64,000 nucleotides of DNA from a virus: IMG/VR virus record IMGVR_UViG_3300021962_000025, positions 119,759 through 183,758 of that record. One strand, 5' to 3'. Positions within the stretch are counted from its first letter, which is position 1; each line of letters starts with the position of its first letter. Below, piece after piece: positions 61,463 to 64,000 of the stretch. The notes beneath the pieces were generated by a model, which saw only the letters and a program-made list of their open reading frames with translations, ran no database searches and was not told the DNA's origin. Made by a program: the position numbers and the translations under genes.

Positions 61463-62683
61463 ATGGGTGTATCGGGGGGTCCTTATTCTAATAAAGATGG
61501 GTTAATTTTTTCCATAGATTCCGCTAGTCAAACTAGGGGTTTTAGTAAGTATGGTACTGGTGGTGTTAACAATAGTTACAGATACATCAGAAGTTTATCC
61601 CCCGACAAAACATTATACGATATTAGTACTACTAGTTATTTGTCTAATGTTAATTATTACACGCTTTATGGTATAACATATCCTGAAAGCAGTTACACCC
61701 CCGCAAGTAGACACGGTATAACCGCTGGATTTGATAATATTTCATCAGGTAAATTATATAGTGCTTCGAGAGATTTAAACTATTATGTATTCGATGAAGA
61801 TAGAGAAACATGGGTGGCGGACTCCTATTTTAATGGTGAAAGAATCGGTGGTCACTGTTACGATACATACGACGGAGAACCCGCCCAACACTTAACTTTC
61901 CAAACCGACTTTGATAACATTGATAGACAATTCCCAAATGCAACACATATTGTGATTGGGTCTCATGCCGCAGAAAATAACGTTGCTGATGCCGCTACAA
62001 GAACTCGACTAGAGTCAATCGGACTCCCTGCTGACCACACTAGTGGTACGAGATGGGAATATATTTTAGTGGGTAAGATTGGTAAACCGTGGACCCATCA
62101 TTACGTTAGGGAAAATGTTAATAGTGCCGTTGTACACATGAATTTGGCATTACCACTTGAAAGACCTATGGGTGATTTAACATTTGATGGTGTTAATGAT
62201 CACATTAGTATTGGGTCGTTTAATTTACTTTCAATGGCGGGGAGTACTCTAGAAGCAATGATTTTCATGAATGATTTTAGTGGACCTCATGATTCATATA
62301 GTATATTCGGAGGAATATCGAATGAAGGATACCACGGATATCATGAAATAAGAAACAGTGGGAGTGGGTGGAAAATGACCCATTGGACTTCTGCGAATGG
62401 GTGGAGGTACGGGAATACCGCACTATCTGAAGGCACGTGGTATCATGTAACGTGGGTTTGGGAAGGTTTAACACTAAAATTTTATTTAAATGGGGTGTCT
62501 GACGGTAGTTATACATTCTCAACATTTTCACCATATGGTTTGGGTGTCAGTAAGATTGGATATTTCCCTAACGAAAGATATATGAATGGTAGTATACCTG
62601 TTGCTAAAATTTACAATAGGTCTTTAAGTGCTGATGAAGTAAATAAGAATTATAGATCATACAAAACAAGATTTGGAATATAA
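61463..62683 (+). CDS. LamG lectin with an inserted ILEI/GG-type-lectin-like domain
   Basis: LamG ends (GLIFSIDS; FDGVND...KIYNRSLS); insert RDLNYYVFD...YDTY...IVIGSH...LESIG...RWEYILVGK. Confidence 0.7.
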   Translation: MGVSGGPYSNKDGLIFSIDSASQTRGFSKYGTGGVNNSYRYIRSLSPDKTLYDISTTSYLSNVNYYTLYGITYPESSYTPASRHGITAGFDNISSGKLYSASRDLNYYVFDEDRETWVADSYFNGERIGGHCYDTYDGEPAQHLTFQTDFDNIDRQFPNATHIVIGSHAAENNVADAATRTRLESIGLPADHTSGTRWEYILVGKIGKPWTHHYVRENVNSAVVHMNLALPLERPMGDLTFDGVNDHISIGSFNLLSMAGSTLEAMIFMNDFSGPHDSYSIFGGISNEGYHGYHEIRNSGSGWKMTHWTSANGWRYGNTALSEGTWYHVTWVWEGLTLKFYLNGVSDGSYTFSTFSPYGLGVSKIGYFPNERYMNGSIPVAKIYNRSLSADEVNKNYRSYKTRFGI

Positions 62684-63822
62684 TGTATAGTGGACCACAT
62701 ATAAAAAAAGAAGGATTGGTTTTTGGTTTCGACACAGGTTATGGTGTTGCCGATAACGATACATCTACGAGATATTTCAAAGGTAAGCCTACTACAAATC
62801 TCGTAACTAACGCCGCAACATTTAATGGTGGTTGGGCAAGTTACAGTAATGGAAATGACGGTACCTTTATTACTGAATTTGGTACCACCGGTTATAGAAT
62901 GATAAATAGAGGTTCATGGAATGGTATTTATCAAAACTTTAATCTAGGTTCTTCAGGTACCTATACATTCTCGGCGTGGTTTAAATACTTAGGAGGCGCA
63001 TCTGATAACAACGGAGCTACCGTGTATGTAAGTAATTATGGTGCGGGAGACACGGATACAGGTATTAATAAAAGTATTGTTGGTGAATGGCAAAGAATAT
63101 CAAAGACCATTTCGGTGACATCACCAACCAATGTTTACTTCTATATTATTTCATATGGAGGTACCTATGGAGGTAGTAACTCCACATGGGAGGTTACAAT
63201 GCCCCAAATCGAACTCAGTGGAATAAGAACACCATTTGTAAATGGAAGTAGATCAAATAATCTATCCTTACTTGACACCTCAAAAAACTACAGCCTTAGT
63301 GTTGCTAATATGAGTTTTAATGATAGTACGGGAGCCCCTATTTTTGATGGAACAAATGACTACTTCGACATACCAAGCAGTAGTGTGATTTCAGGTACAC
63401 AAGACTTTACTATTGAATCCGCTTACCATATGACAGGACAAGGGGGTGGGGTAATTTTTGGTAATTATGGTCCGGCTTACACGTCTAATTCTATATGGTT
63501 TTCAGGACAATATGGGTTTTATTTAAATGGGGGGGTTTATAAACCCGGGTACCCCATCGCACCAGGTAAATACCATATGGTCGCCACAAGGACCAATGGA
63601 TTTATAAGACTATACTTTAATGGTGTTTTGGTTAATTCAGGAACTCTAAACGCATCCGTTGCTTCAAATATTAACTATAGAGTGGGGATCGATGTTAATA
63701 GTAGTGGTGGAGAACCATTCGCGGGAACAATTTATGCTCTTAGAGTTTATAATAGGGCGATAAGTGAAACCGAAGTTTTGAATAACTATAATATGTATAA
63801 ATTAAGATTGGGTCTTTCATAG
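62683..63822 (+). CDS. LamG lectin with an inserted CBM4/9-like domain
   Basis: TNLVTN...GIYQNF...GTYTFSAWFK...EWQRIS...PQIE insert; FDGTND...RVYNRAIS. Confidence 0.75.
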   Translation: MYSGPHIKKEGLVFGFDTGYGVADNDTSTRYFKGKPTTNLVTNAATFNGGWASYSNGNDGTFITEFGTTGYRMINRGSWNGIYQNFNLGSSGTYTFSAWFKYLGGASDNNGATVYVSNYGAGDTDTGINKSIVGEWQRISKTISVTSPTNVYFYIISYGGTYGGSNSTWEVTMPQIELSGIRTPFVNGSRSNNLSLLDTSKNYSLSVANMSFNDSTGAPIFDGTNDYFDIPSSSVISGTQDFTIESAYHMTGQGGGVIFGNYGPAYTSNSIWFSGQYGFYLNGGVYKPGYPIAPGKYHMVATRTNGFIRLYFNGVLVNSGTLNASVASNINYRVGIDVNSSGGEPFAGTIYALRVYNRAISETEVLNNYNMYKLRLGLS

Positions 63823-63868
63823 AACATTAATCTTTATTATTATAGAAAATTTATTTATATTTTAATCT

Positions 63869-64000
63869 ATGAAATTAAGATATAAAAACAAGTATTCCGA
63901 ATTTGAGTTGATTTACATCAAATGGGAAGGAATACATTACGATAGGGACCTATTAAAAAAATTCGTTTGTAGATACAATTGGGTTAGTATACTCTCAAAG
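63869..64000 (+). CDS. 5' end of a hypothetical protein (truncated by the window)
   Basis: ATG 63869, open to the window end; preceded by TTTA-N19-TATATTTT (63833-63863). Confidence 0.55.
   Translation, partial: MKLRYKNKYSEFELIYIKWEGIHYDRDLLKKFVCRYNWVSILSK

Noticed and set aside
51988-63822. Diversity-generating retroelement template/variable repeat pair in fibre or lectin genes
   Set aside because: No reverse transcriptase in the window; the repeats are all coding, and differences are mostly third-position rather than adenine-specific.
1-64000. tRNA, rRNA, integrase/transposase, intein or intron
   Set aside because: No cloverleaf, rRNA-like tract, recombinase or intein motif was seen; intergenic gaps are short and explained by promoters and terminators.
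1-64000. Bacterial chromosome origin (because of clpP, sigma70, nusG, trxA)
   Set aside because: These genes sit among phage replication and fibre genes in a dense single-strand layout with no bacterial housekeeping context such as secE-nusG-rplK or tig-clpP-clpX.

Overview
A 64-kb segment of a large, AT-rich tailed dsDNA phage (Caudoviricetes, probably jumbo/myovirus-like), almost entirely coded on the + strand. No capsid, portal or terminase gene lies in the window, so virion type is inferred. A Bacteroidota host is inferred from a Bacteroidota-type primary sigma factor, ClpP and Hc1 histone-like protein, SprB repeats, -33/-7 type promoters and A-rich 5' UTRs without Shine-Dalgarno sites. 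Layout: (i) 1-24.3 kb baseplate/adhesin block with two giant proteins (a 2720-aa wedge-like protein with Pro/Thr/Ser linkers studded with 14 NCDFGVxVDIA motifs and a C-terminal VWA domain; a 2560-aa protein with 11 cadherin and 14 SprB repeats) plus five domain-shuffled Cys-rich accessory proteins; (ii) 24.4-32.7 kb replication/recombination genes (RuvC-like resolvase, primase, PD-(D/E)XK exonuclease, two cytidylyltransferases, SbcD/SbcC); (iii) 32.7-46 kb host-takeover, lysis and probable internal-head genes (ClpP, sigma70, amidase-like protein, Hc1, Dam, NusG, AAA ATPase, thioredoxin); (iv) 46.1-64 kb tail-fibre block (3673-aa fibre with S74 chaperone, three LamG lectins). Best leads: a possible modular 'beads-on-a-string' virion adhesin scaffold, a -1 frameshift/slippage site at an A10 tract, a ~70-nt GC-rich small RNA with its own promoter and terminator, three AUAU-loop hairpins in the leader of the 11-kb fibre gene, and a two-class promoter system paired with phage-encoded sigma and NusG. 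All family assignments come from motif recognition by eye; no database searches were run, and counts were made manually.
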